Shown here: positions 52,278 through 61,436 of the stretch, piece after piece
Layout of the letters: the number at the start of each line of letters is the position of its first letter
Position numbering within the stretch: position 1 is the stretch's first letter
Source of the DNA: an uncultured Desulfobacterales bacterium
Lineage (GTDB): Bacteria > Desulfobacterota > DSM-4660 > Desulfatiglandales > HGW-15
Assembly: GCA_964443135.1 (NCBI GenBank)
Contig: CAYUBQ010000002.1
Location: 10,888 to 74,887 of the forward strand
Length of the DNA: 64,000 nucleotides
Direction: 5' to 3'
Made by a program: the position numbers and the translations under genes
Notes under the pieces: model-generated
The model's database searches: none
Seen by the model: the letters and a program-made list of their open reading frames with translations, nothing else
Told to the model about the DNA's origin: nothing

Positions 52278-52365
52278 GGTTCACGGTCCTTGGGGTGGTC
52301 TTGTCCGGGGAACGTATGGTTTCGTCATCCCCGCGTGTGGATCCTGTCCTTTTTGACCCTCGAGG

Positions 52366-53757
52366 TCAACCTGTTTCGGCGCTGCCCTGCACACGCAGGT
52401 CCGAGGCCCGTCGAAACACCTGGTACTCCAGGCCTCCCACGGTCCGGTTCACGAGGAAGAAACCGGCCGCAGCGGCCGTCAAGGAGGCGGCCAGGAAGCC
52501 GGTCCCGTGGAATCGCCAGCCCGCCTCGATGGAGAGCAGGGTGAAGACGGCGTTCAGCAGGCAGAACAGCCCGTTCAGCCTCAGCAGGAGGCCGTACTCG
52601 TCGAGGTACTGGATGATGAGAAAGTAGAAGAAGTAGAGGGAGAAGAAGATGGTGCCGGTCAGCAGGTAGTGGAACACGAAGGGGTTGGACCACGGGATGG
52701 GGACGATGCCGATGTAGACCAGGAAGAGGACGAGCATGCAGGCCCCGCCGTAGAACAGGAACAGGGAGGAGGAGGTCTGGGCGATCCCGCCGAACAGCTT
52801 CTCCTTCTCCACGGCCAGCTCCCGAAAGGGGAAGTTGTTCGAGAGCTTGAAGATGAACCGCTCGTAAGGGCCGTTGATGCTCCTCTTGATGCCCTTGTAG
52901 ATGATCAGGGAGCCGACCATCATGATGGTCAGGGCCACGAAGAACGGAAAGTCGTACTCCCCGTAGAAGTGAAACACCCCGTCCACGGACTTCCCGGTGG
53001 CCGGGTGAAACCAGAAGAGGATCTTGTCCACCCAGAACCCGAACATGAACAGGAATGCGGACAGACCGATCCGCCCGGCCTGGGCCCGTTTCAGGAAGGC
53101 GTCGTCCAGGCGGACCTCCGCGCGGAGGTAGAGCTTTACCACGTAGGAGTACCCGCCCGCCGCCGGGATCGCCACGCCGATGGAGAAGAAGAGGAGCAGG
53201 GCCTGGGTCTCCGTCATGCGGGTGGCCCCGAAGAGGATCAGGGTGGTCCCCATGCCGAGCCCGAACAGCTTCAGGAGCAGACGCTCGCGGCGCACCGAGC
53301 TGAGGACCGTGCCGATGCACCAGAACAGGCTCAGAACGGCGGTGAGACCGATGAAGGTGATCTTGAGGTTCACGTCGATGGAGGAGAACGGCACCACCAG
53401 CACGGCGGCGAGCAAAAGGGCCAGCACGGTCACCAGGATGGTCAGGACCATGAGGCTGTTGACGATGTCGTGAAACGTCCCCAGGTAAACCTTGTCCGCC
53501 ATGTGGCGGGTGAACAGGGTGTGAAAGGGGGAGGTGAGGACGAGAGAGAGGGCGGTCGCATAGGTGACGAGGAGGTAAAAGAGCACGGGAGCGCGGCTCG
53601 TCATCAGGTGAACGGTGACGCCCATCACGGCCAGGCAGAAGATGGTGAGAAACCACGCGCCCACCGCCTCGAAGGAGTCCAGCGACTCCTCGAGGAGGAG
53701 CCTGGTCATGGAGGGCCGGCGCTTCAGCCGCTCAACCAGCCGTACGATATCGCCCAT
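52366..53757 (-). CDS. pelG: PelG-like polytopic membrane protein (Pel exopolysaccharide export/polymerisation component)
   Basis: About 12 TM helices, about 460 aa, directly downstream of pelF. The assignment rests mainly on size, topology and conserved gene order. Confidence 0.65.
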   Translation of the reverse strand: MGDIVRLVERLKRRPSMTRLLLEESLDSFEAVGAWFLTIFCLAVMGVTVHLMTSRAPVLFYLLVTYATALSLVLTSPFHTLFTRHMADKVYLGTFHDIVNSLMVLTILVTVLALLLAAVLVVPFSSIDVNLKITFIGLTAVLSLFWCIGTVLSSVRRERLLLKLFGLGMGTTLILFGATRMTETQALLLFFSIGVAIPAAGGYSYVVKLYLRAEVRLDDAFLKRAQAGRIGLSAFLFMFGFWVDKILFWFHPATGKSVDGVFHFYGEYDFPFFVALTIMMVGSLIIYKGIKRSINGPYERFIFKLSNNFPFRELAVEKEKLFGGIAQTSSSLFLFYGGACMLVLFLVYIGIVPIPWSNPFVFHYLLTGTIFFSLYFFYFLIIQYLDEYGLLLRLNGLFCLLNAVFTLLSIEAGWRFHGTGFLAASLTAAAAGFFLVNRTVGGLEYQVFRRASDLRVQGSAETG

Positions 53758-55210
53758 GCATGAGCTCCCGGTAGAGGTCCCGGTACCGCTTCAGGACCAG
53801 GTCTTCGCCGTATCGGTTCTCGATCCGGCGGATGCCGTTCTCCGCCATGCGATCGGCTGCGGTCTCGTCCCGGAGCACGGCGAGGGCGGCCTCCGCGATC
53901 CCCTCGGCGTCCATGACGCGGCGCACCGAGCCCGCCTCTCCGATCCCGTCCCCTTCCCCGAGGAGGAGCTCGCGACAGGCGCCCACGTCGGTGGCCACCA
54001 CGGGGAGGCCGCTCGCCATGGCCTCCATGACGGCCAGGGGCATGGCCTCCTTGACGCTGGTGAGGAGGAGGACGTCCATCTCCCGGTAGTAGGGGATCAC
54101 GTCGGCGGGGCCGGTGAAGGTGAGGGTCTCACCCAGACCGAGCATCTTCACCAGGTCCCTGCACTCCTGGTAGTAGCCGGGCTGGTCGTCGGTGGGGCCG
54201 ACGGCGAGGGCTCGGACGTCCGGCAGGGCCTGCCGGATGAGTGCCACCACCTGGATGAAGGTCTTGATGTCCTTGACGGCGTCCACCCGCCCGACGAACC
54301 CCACGGTCGGCGGCCGGGTCCTGCACCGCTCCCGTCTCGCCTCCAGGAACCGCGGGATGTCGATCCCGTTCGGGATCACCTGGATGCGCTCCGGGTCCGC
54401 GCCGTACTCCTCCTCCAGCCTGCGGTTCCCCTCGAACAGGGTGACGATCCGGTCGCAGGCGTTGTACTGCCACAGGCAGAGGGCGGTGAAGCTGTCGATC
54501 CACATCTCCTTCAGGTAGGCGTCGTCCAGCCACTCGCTCTTGAGCAGCTCCATCTCCCGCTCCTGGAGGTAGATGCCGTGCTCCGTGATCAGGCCGGCCC
54601 GGTCGTCGAGCACGGCCTTGAGGCAGGTCACCAGGCCCCCGTAGCCCGTCCCCGGGGAGTGATAGACCGCGGCCTCCGGGATCCGGGGCAAAATCGTGAG
54701 GAGGCGGTAGAGGATCAGGTGGATGTTTCGAACGTTGTAGAAGTACTTCAGGAACCCCGCGTCCCCCCGGAACTCCTCGTAGAGGCGGGTGAGCAGGGAG
54801 AACGCGGGCTCGTCCTGGAAGAAGTTCCGAAAAACGCCGGGGGAGAGCTCGAAGATCACCTCGCGGAGGGTCTCGATGCTCCCGTCGGAGAGCCTCCCCT
54901 CCTTCCACTCCGTCATCAGGCGGTAAAGCCCTTCGGAGAGGGCGGCCCATCGTTTCCGGGAGATTTTCAGGGGCGCGGACGCCTCGATCTCGGTGCAGTC
55001 GAAAATGTCGAACTCCTGGTACGACACGACGTTTTCCGGGAGCCGGTATCTCCGATCCTCCGCCTTCTTCTCCTCGGCGACGAGGGCCACCACGGCGAAC
55101 GAGAGCTCCTCGAGGTTCTCCATGAGCCACTGGAGCCACGAGGAGACCCCGCCCGTGACGTAGGGGTAGCTTCCCTCTACAACCAGGCAGATGTCAGCAC
55201 TCTTCGCCAT
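53732..55210 (-). CDS. pelF: PelF-type GT4 glycosyltransferase
   Basis: N-terminal ICLVVEGSYPYVTGGVSSWLQWL motif as I recall for PelF proteins, plus the GT4 C-terminal E-x7-E region (SVKEAMPLAVMEAMASGLPVVATDVG). Start at MAKSAD (complement of 55208-55210). Confidence 0.82.
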   Translation of the reverse strand: MAKSADICLVVEGSYPYVTGGVSSWLQWLMENLEELSFAVVALVAEEKKAEDRRYRLPENVVSYQEFDIFDCTEIEASAPLKISRKRWAALSEGLYRLMTEWKEGRLSDGSIETLREVIFELSPGVFRNFFQDEPAFSLLTRLYEEFRGDAGFLKYFYNVRNIHLILYRLLTILPRIPEAAVYHSPGTGYGGLVTCLKAVLDDRAGLITEHGIYLQEREMELLKSEWLDDAYLKEMWIDSFTALCLWQYNACDRIVTLFEGNRRLEEEYGADPERIQVIPNGIDIPRFLEARRERCRTRPPTVGFVGRVDAVKDIKTFIQVVALIRQALPDVRALAVGPTDDQPGYYQECRDLVKMLGLGETLTFTGPADVIPYYREMDVLLLTSVKEAMPLAVMEAMASGLPVVATDVGACRELLLGEGDGIGEAGSVRRVMDAEGIAEAALAVLRDETAADRMAENGIRRIENRYGEDLVLKRYRDLYRELMHGRYRTAG

Positions 55211-56190
55211 GCGCTTGCCGCCTCTTTGACGCGGTCCGGGATGAACACCCCGCCCCCCGATTCGATGAGCAGGTAGAGGTCCTGGAACGTGTCGTAGTTC
55301 CTGCTTCGGAACGCCAGCTCGAACTCGTAGCTGATCCACTTGGGGAAGTAGTAGTCGCCCGTTGCCCGGGCCTGCCGGTAGATCATGTCCGCCTCCTCGA
55401 CCCGGTCCGCCTCGAGCAGGTAGCGGACGGCGAAGAGGGCGTCGTCCTCGGTCTTGCCCCGGTGAAAGGCCCGGATGGCGCAGTCGCAGGCCTTGGAGGC
55501 GTAGAACGGCTTCATCACCGGATCGGCCAGATCGAGGTAGCTGATCTCATGGTACAGGTTGGCCAGGTGGACCAGGTCCGAGGGGCCCGTCTCGGGCGAG
55601 GCCTCCAGCTGGTTGATCTCGTGGAGGATCTTGTCCATCTTCTTGTTCAGGACGTCGATGGCCATGAGCACGACGCTCTGGTGCGGGCTCAGCCGGACGA
55701 TGTACTTCAGGAGGCCCGACTTGGTGGCGGACCAGTCCATGTCCCCGATGAGGCCGACCATCTTCAGCCCCTGGCTTCTCGTCAGCCCCCGGATGAGCAG
55801 GGCCTCGGAAACGGGCATGGTGCGGCCCTCGAACGACCTCTGGAGGACCAGAAGGACGTCCTGGTTGACCTTGTGAAACGACTCGGACCGGACCGGGTGG
55901 ATCGGGTAGAACCGCAGGAAGAGGCAGAAGAAGAGGGCCGAGGCCGGCCCGATGACCGGAATGGCGGAGACGACCACCAGAAACGCGAGGAACCCGCGGT
56001 TCATCACACGCTTTCGGAGCATCCTGTCGGTCCCCATCAGGAGGCCGTTGATCAGCACGGTCAGCCCGACGGCCGTGGCGTGGGAAAGGAAGAACCCCGC
56101 CAGCTCGGTGTGCCCCGAAATGCCTCCCAGGAGGAAGTAGGCCGAGGAAAGCTCCGTGACGGTCCAGTAGACATAGAGCTTGTACTTCAC
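55177..56190 (-). CDS. pelE: PelE-like inner-membrane protein with C-terminal helical (TPR-like) domain
   Basis: GTG start in a GTGA overlap with the pelD stop. N-terminal TM helices followed by a helical repeat region. Position between pelD and pelF. Confidence 0.6.
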   Translation of the reverse strand: MKYKLYVYWTVTELSSAYFLLGGISGHTELAGFFLSHATAVGLTVLINGLLMGTDRMLRKRVMNRGFLAFLVVVSAIPVIGPASALFFCLFLRFYPIHPVRSESFHKVNQDVLLVLQRSFEGRTMPVSEALLIRGLTRSQGLKMVGLIGDMDWSATKSGLLKYIVRLSPHQSVVLMAIDVLNKKMDKILHEINQLEASPETGPSDLVHLANLYHEISYLDLADPVMKPFYASKACDCAIRAFHRGKTEDDALFAVRYLLEADRVEEADMIYRQARATGDYYFPKWISYEFELAFRSRNYDTFQDLYLLIESGGGVFIPDRVKEAASAWRRVLTSAWL

Positions 56191-57413
56191 GCCGGCACCT
56201 CGGGCTTCCCGGGCCATGCGGGCGCCGACTCGAAGGCGAGCTCCGGGTGGGCCCGGGACAGCCGCCTGATCACGTAGGGGACGTTCGCCTCCGCGGCCAT
56301 GGCCAGGCAGAGGGTCAGCTCGTCTTCGCCGGTCATCACCAGCATGTCGTAGAGCCGCAGGGAGGACGCGAGGGCCCTCGCCCGCTCCTCGGTGACGGGT
56401 CCGGTGACGCGCAGGACCGCATAGGGGAGCCCGTAGCGGCGGTACCGGGCCGTGGTCCGGGCCATGACGCGCTCGCCCTCCTCCCGCTTGTACACGAGGA
56501 CCGACGAGAAGACGCTCATGGGAAGGAGCTCCTCCAGGTGGAGGCGGTTCTCGATCAGGACCTTGATCCAGTGGGCGGCGATCTTGAGCAGGTTGATCAC
56601 GTTGTCGGAGAGGTTGATGAACCGGATCTCCTCCAGCAGGAGGACGTACCGGAGCGCCCCGGCCTGGGAGAGGATGGGAACGGCCATGACCAGCCGGTTC
56701 TCGATCTCCTTGGGGACGACCACCTCCTGCTCCGTGGCGGCGACCTTGATGATCTCCGGCATCTCTTCGGTCTTCCACTCGAGCGTGTCCGGAAGAGACG
56801 TCCCTCCGAAGGAGACGGCACGGACGAAGGTGCCGCTTCCCCGGGGCTCGAAGAGGCTCGACTTCTCCACGTGGCAGTGGGAGTGGAGGACGTAGAGGAT
56901 CTCGTTGAAGAAGGCGTCCCGCTCCGGGATCTCCTCCAGGCGCCTCAGGGCCTGGTACATGATCCTCGGAGACTCCATGTCCACGAGGACATCCTGGAAG
57001 GCGTCCTGGAGAGCCCGGTCCCTCTCGGAGAGCTCGATGGTCACCCGCTCCAGCCGCTTGCGCAGGATGGTGTTGGTCAGCTCGGTCCCCAGGACCCTCC
57101 TGTCCGTCCCGGTCCGCACGAACCCGATGAGGAGGAGCGCGGTGACGAAGAAGGTGACCTCGAGGTAGCGCCCGGCGAGGAACCCGGGCAGACCGGCGCC
57201 CATGTCGGCGAAGAGGAGAGCCGCCGTTCCCGCCGCGGCCCCGATCATTCCCCGGACGCCGTAGTAGAGAGCGAGCGCCAGCCCCACGAAGGCCGTGACC
57301 AGGAAGTAGAGCTCCAGCCCGAGGATTTCTTCCCTTCGCAGGATCAGGACGGTGCCGTAGAAGAGGACGATCTCTCCCAGGAACGCCGTTTGTTTCCATT
57401 TCGAAGACGACAT
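56187..57413 (-). CDS. pelD: PelD-like c-di-GMP receptor (4 TM + GAF-like + degenerate GGDEF)
   Basis: Four N-terminal TM helices. The C-terminal ...SSLRLYDMLVMTGEDELTL keeps an RxxD I-site five residues before a degenerate GG(D/E)EF position. Confidence 0.7.
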   Translation of the reverse strand: MSSSKWKQTAFLGEIVLFYGTVLILRREEILGLELYFLVTAFVGLALALYYGVRGMIGAAAGTAALLFADMGAGLPGFLAGRYLEVTFFVTALLLIGFVRTGTDRRVLGTELTNTILRKRLERVTIELSERDRALQDAFQDVLVDMESPRIMYQALRRLEEIPERDAFFNEILYVLHSHCHVEKSSLFEPRGSGTFVRAVSFGGTSLPDTLEWKTEEMPEIIKVAATEQEVVVPKEIENRLVMAVPILSQAGALRYVLLLEEIRFINLSDNVINLLKIAAHWIKVLIENRLHLEELLPMSVFSSVLVYKREEGERVMARTTARYRRYGLPYAVLRVTGPVTEERARALASSLRLYDMLVMTGEDELTLCLAMAAEANVPYVIRRLSRAHPELAFESAPAWPGKPEVPA

Positions 57414-57470
57414 GCACCCGCTCCGGCCGGTTCGTTCGCGTCACGGCCTCTGTCCGGGGGTCGAACCGAA

Positions 57471-57812
57471 TCAGGCGGCAAACGCCCGGACGGCTTCTTC
57501 CCTGCTCTCGAAGATACGGAAGACCTGGTCCATGCGCACCACCTTGAACAGGTCCTGCACCTGGCTGGAGACGCTGCACAGGAGCAGGTCCCCCCGGCCC
57601 TCATCCTTCACCTTTCGGAGGCAGGAGAGGAGGGCGCCGCAGCCCGAGCTGTCCACAAAGATCAGCCCGGACATGTCGAACACCACCTGCCTGTGCTGTT
57701 CCAGGATCGGCGCGACCTCGTTCTTGAACTCCTGGCTGTTGCCGGCGTCCAGGGTGTCGCCGGGGATCATCACCAACGTGACCTCCCCGGCGGGCTCCGT
57801 CCGAAGCTCCAT
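57471..57812 (-). CDS. STAS-domain anti-sigma-factor antagonist (SpoIIAA/RsbV-like)
   Basis: 113 aa, with ...VVFDMSGLIFVDSSGCGALL keeping the phosphorylatable DSSG serine context. GGAAGGAGGG upstream of the ATG (complement of 57810-57812). Confidence 0.88.
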   Translation of the reverse strand: MELRTEPAGEVTLVMIPGDTLDAGNSQEFKNEVAPILEQHRQVVFDMSGLIFVDSSGCGALLSCLRKVKDEGRGDLLLCSVSSQVQDLFKVVRMDQVFRIFESREEAVRAFAA

Positions 57813-57844
57813 CCGACCCTCCTTCCGCGTGTGCACCGGTCCCG

Positions 57845-60800
57845 CTATGTCGGAAGCGGACGCTTCTTCACGAGCCGGACCTGGTTGGTTCCGTCGGGCG
57901 CGCGGGAGTACGTCACGCCGTCCATGTAGTTTTCCATGATGATCAGACCGAAGCCGTGGTCCCGGATCGGGTCGGCGGGGGCCGAACCCTCCTCCGCGCC
58001 CAGGAACGGCTTTCCCCAGTGGTGGAGGGTGAACTCCCACCGGTCGGCAAACACCTCCGCCGACAGCTGAATGCGTCCCGAGGGATCCTCCTCGTAGGCG
58101 TGCTTCACGATGTTGGAGACGGCCTCGTTCAGCGAGATCCCGATCTGCCACTGGGTGTCCTCGTGCGTCCCCTCCAGGCCGCCGGACGTGCACGCACGCC
58201 GGACGAAGTGGCGGAGCGTGTCCAGCTCGTCGAGCCGGCTCTCGAGCTCCAGATCCATCCGGGAAAGCGGTTCGCCCCCCCGTTCCCCGCCGATCTTGAC
58301 AGCCACGCAGGTGAGGTCGTCCAGGAACGTCCGGATGTGGGAAAACGCCGTCACGGTGTCCCGGACCTTCTCGATGACCTGCTCCACGGGGAGCCGGGCC
58401 GCCTCTTCGATGCAGCGGGAGAGCCGCTCCCGGCCGAAGAGCCGTCCCCGCTCGTCCCGGGCCTCGGTGACACCGTCCGAGTAGAAGAAGAAGAGGTCCC
58501 CCTCCTCGAAGGGGACCGAGGCCTGCCGGTAGGTCTCGTTCATCCGGAAGCCCAGGGGGACGTTGTACCCCTCCAGCAGGGTCGTCTCGTCCGCGGCGGC
58601 CCGCACGTGAAGGGTTCGCGGGTGGCCGCAGTCCACGAAGTCGAGCCGGCGGGCGTCCAGGTCGAACCGCGCGTAGGTGAGGGTGACGAAGGCCTCCAGG
58701 TCGATGAGCTCCTCGACCATGCGATCGTGGACGCTCTGCACGATGTCCCCGGGGAGGGGCACCATGCAGGCGGGAGAGAGCATGGCGCTCAAGGCCTTGA
58801 GAAAGTGTCCCTTGGTCCCGGCGCCGAGGAGCGCAGCGGGGACCCCCTTCCCCATGACGTCGCCCACGATGAGATCGAAGACCCTGTCGGACAGGGAGAT
58901 GAACTCGTAGAAATCGCCGTCGATGCGCTGGGACGGGATGGTCATGGCGGCGATCCGGACCCCCTTCAGGTTCCTGGGCGGCGAGGCCAGGAGCAGGGTC
59001 TGCTGGATCTTGGAGCCGATCTCGATCTCCCGCTCCCGGGCCTTGGACAGGTCCCGCTCGGCGCGCTTCAGCTCGAGGATCTCGCCCAGCTGCTCGGCGA
59101 CCACCTGGAGAAGCGTGCGTTCCTCCACGAGAAAGGGACCCTCGTCGCGCTCGGGGCGTTCCTCCTTGTAGAACACCTCGATGAGACCGGTTTTTCGTCC
59201 GTTGAGCTTCACCGGCCGGCTCAGACCCCACTCCGTCTCCCGGAACCCGGCCGAGCGGAACACCTGCTTCCCGTAAGTAATCCGCGCGCAGGCGATGTCG
59301 GGGTAGAGAAACGCGGGGGGAATGAGCTCCAGGATGCCGCGCAGGATGTCGATCGCACGGGCCTCCGGCCGGCCTTTGAGCCGCGAGATGGCGTACAGGC
59401 AGTAGACCTGCTTGTACCGCATGTCGAGCTCCTGCGTCCTCCGCCGAAGCGCCTCTTCGGCCTCCTTTCTCTCCGTGATGTCCCGCACGATGCCCAGGGC
59501 GTTCCAACGGCCCTTGACCTTGCCCGTCGACAGCGACAGCTCGATGGGGAACTCGGTCCCGTCCGAGCGGCGTGCGGCCAGCTCGCGGGTCCTTCCGATC
59601 ATGGCGCCTTCGCCGTTCTCCTTCCAGGCCTGGACGGCCTCCGCATACTGCTCCCGGAACCTCTCCGGGGCCAGCAGGGTGTGGGCGTCCCGCCCCAGGG
59701 CCTCGTCCTCGGTGTAGCCGAACATGTACTCGGCGGACCGGTTCCAGTAGTTGATCACGCCGTCCTGGTCGACGGAGATGATGGCGTCCTGGGCGGCGCT
59801 GGCCAGGTTCCGGAACCGCTCCTCCACCTCCGCCCGGGCCTCCTCCGCCTCGCTGCGCTCGGTCACGTCCCGGAAGATGGCGCGCGTGGAGACCGGCCGC
59901 CCTTCCTCGAACCTGCAGTTGACGTTCCCCTCCACGACGACCCTCCGCCCGTCCTTGGCCAGAAAGACCGCCTCCAGGTCCCTGACGGACTTCCCCGAGA
60001 GCACCTCCTCGAACGCATCCTTGCAGTGGGACAGGCTCTCCGGGGCGATGACGTCGAAGAGGTTCAGCTCGGATACCTCCTTCGCGGTGTAGCCGAGGGT
60101 CTTGGTCCACATCCGGTTGACGTACAGGAACCGTCCGTCGGAAGAAACCGAGTGGATCAGGTCGTTGGCGCTGTCGAAGAGATCCCGGAGCCGCTCCTCG
60201 CTCTCCTTGAGGGCGGTCTCGGTCCGCTTCCGCTCCTCGATCTCCTCTGTCAGACGGGCGTTGGCCACGGAGAGCTCCTGCGTCCGCTGCTTCACCCGCT
60301 CCTCCAGCTCCGCGTGCGCTTTCCGGAGGGCGGTCTCGGCCGCCTCCTTCTTCCGAAAGAGGAGGGCGTTCTCGATGGCCGCGGCCGCGGCGCCGCTCAG
60401 GGCCGTCAGCAGGTAGAGGTCGGACTTTCGAAAGCCGAAGGGCTTGTCCACCGAGTGCACGTACAGGGCGCCCATGGTCCGGGACTTGCTCACGAGAGGC
60501 ACACACATGACGGACTTGATCCGCTTGAGCTCCATGCTCTCGGGGAGGTCCTCGTCCTCCTCCTCGGTGTCGGCCATGATGACGGCCTTCCCCTCGGCGA
60601 GCGTCCGCCGCACCACCGTGAGGCTGTACTCGGACCGCGAGTCCCCGTCCGGGAACTTGGAGCGGGTGGCGAGCTCCCTCAGCTCGCCGCTCTCCTCGTC
60701 GATCAGCAGGATGGCCATGGTGTCGCCGGACTCGAGCGTGGAGGACACCGACTCCACGATCTGGTACAGCAGACCCGACAGGTCCAGGGACTGCATCAGC

Positions 60801-61237
60801 AGGTTGGAGATCTCGTGGACCGTCTCCAGCTTCTCCCGGTCGGTGATCCGCCGGTCTTTGAGGAAATTGAAGCGCTCGCTCTCCGTCTCCAGGCCCGCGA
60901 GATCGATCATGTACCGGGAGATGAGGCCCTCCTCCTCGTAGACCCGGCCGACGGTCACCAGGATGTTGCCGACGGAGATGTGCTGACCCAGGGAGACGGG
61001 GACCTCCACGCCGGGTTCGATCCGCCGGCCGTCGGTCCAGGTCCCGTTCCGGCTGTGGAGGTCCACCACGTGGTACGCCTCCCCCCGCCTGAGGATCTTC
61101 AAATGCTCACGCGAGACCGACAGGTCGTTGATGCGCACGTGGTTGGTCGTCCCCCTGCCCACGTTCACCTCGTCTTCCTCGAGCGGAAACTCAATCCCAT
61201 CGAACCGGCCGTTGATGACATAAAGCTTGGTTTTCAT
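57845..61237 (-). CDS. 1130-aa multidomain signalling protein: FHA - GAF - PAS - PAS - unassigned module - PP2C/SpoIIE phosphatase - RsbW/SpoIIAB-type serine kinase (HATPase_c)
   Basis: FHA (NVGRGTTNHVRINDLSVSREHLKI...SRNGTW). GAF (...MCVPLVSKSRTMGALYV). Two PAS S-boxes ending DVTERSEAEE and DITERKEAEE. PP2C (GDFYEF...GDVMGKGVPAAL...YSDGVTEA). Kinase N-box NEAVSNIVKHAY and G-box DHGFGLIIM. Start at MKTKLYV (complement of 61235-61237). Confidence 0.88.
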   Translation of the reverse strand: MKTKLYVINGRFDGIEFPLEEDEVNVGRGTTNHVRINDLSVSREHLKILRRGEAYHVVDLHSRNGTWTDGRRIEPGVEVPVSLGQHISVGNILVTVGRVYEEEGLISRYMIDLAGLETESERFNFLKDRRITDREKLETVHEISNLLMQSLDLSGLLYQIVESVSSTLESGDTMAILLIDEESGELRELATRSKFPDGDSRSEYSLTVVRRTLAEGKAVIMADTEEEDEDLPESMELKRIKSVMCVPLVSKSRTMGALYVHSVDKPFGFRKSDLYLLTALSGAAAAAIENALLFRKKEAAETALRKAHAELEERVKQRTQELSVANARLTEEIEERKRTETALKESEERLRDLFDSANDLIHSVSSDGRFLYVNRMWTKTLGYTAKEVSELNLFDVIAPESLSHCKDAFEEVLSGKSVRDLEAVFLAKDGRRVVVEGNVNCRFEEGRPVSTRAIFRDVTERSEAEEARAEVEERFRNLASAAQDAIISVDQDGVINYWNRSAEYMFGYTEDEALGRDAHTLLAPERFREQYAEAVQAWKENGEGAMIGRTRELAARRSDGTEFPIELSLSTGKVKGRWNALGIVRDITERKEAEEALRRRTQELDMRYKQVYCLYAISRLKGRPEARAIDILRGILELIPPAFLYPDIACARITYGKQVFRSAGFRETEWGLSRPVKLNGRKTGLIEVFYKEERPERDEGPFLVEERTLLQVVAEQLGEILELKRAERDLSKAREREIEIGSKIQQTLLLASPPRNLKGVRIAAMTIPSQRIDGDFYEFISLSDRVFDLIVGDVMGKGVPAALLGAGTKGHFLKALSAMLSPACMVPLPGDIVQSVHDRMVEELIDLEAFVTLTYARFDLDARRLDFVDCGHPRTLHVRAAADETTLLEGYNVPLGFRMNETYRQASVPFEEGDLFFFYSDGVTEARDERGRLFGRERLSRCIEEAARLPVEQVIEKVRDTVTAFSHIRTFLDDLTCVAVKIGGERGGEPLSRMDLELESRLDELDTLRHFVRRACTSGGLEGTHEDTQWQIGISLNEAVSNIVKHAYEEDPSGRIQLSAEVFADRWEFTLHHWGKPFLGAEEGSAPADPIRDHGFGLIIMENYMDGVTYSRAPDGTNQVRLVKKRPLPT

Positions 61238-61436
61238 GGAAATCCCGGCGGAAGGAGGTGCCCCGGAAAGCCTCGTTCGATCCAAAACCTAATGGTTTTC
61301 TTCCGTGATTGTCAACGAATTCAGCTTGCAACCGAATCGGGTCGAGCCTCCGGTTTCCCCGCCTTGTCAAACCCGCCGCGATCTTCTAGGGTGGACGGAG
61401 TCGAACGCCCGCCCCGGGACGACGGAGGAAAGAGCC

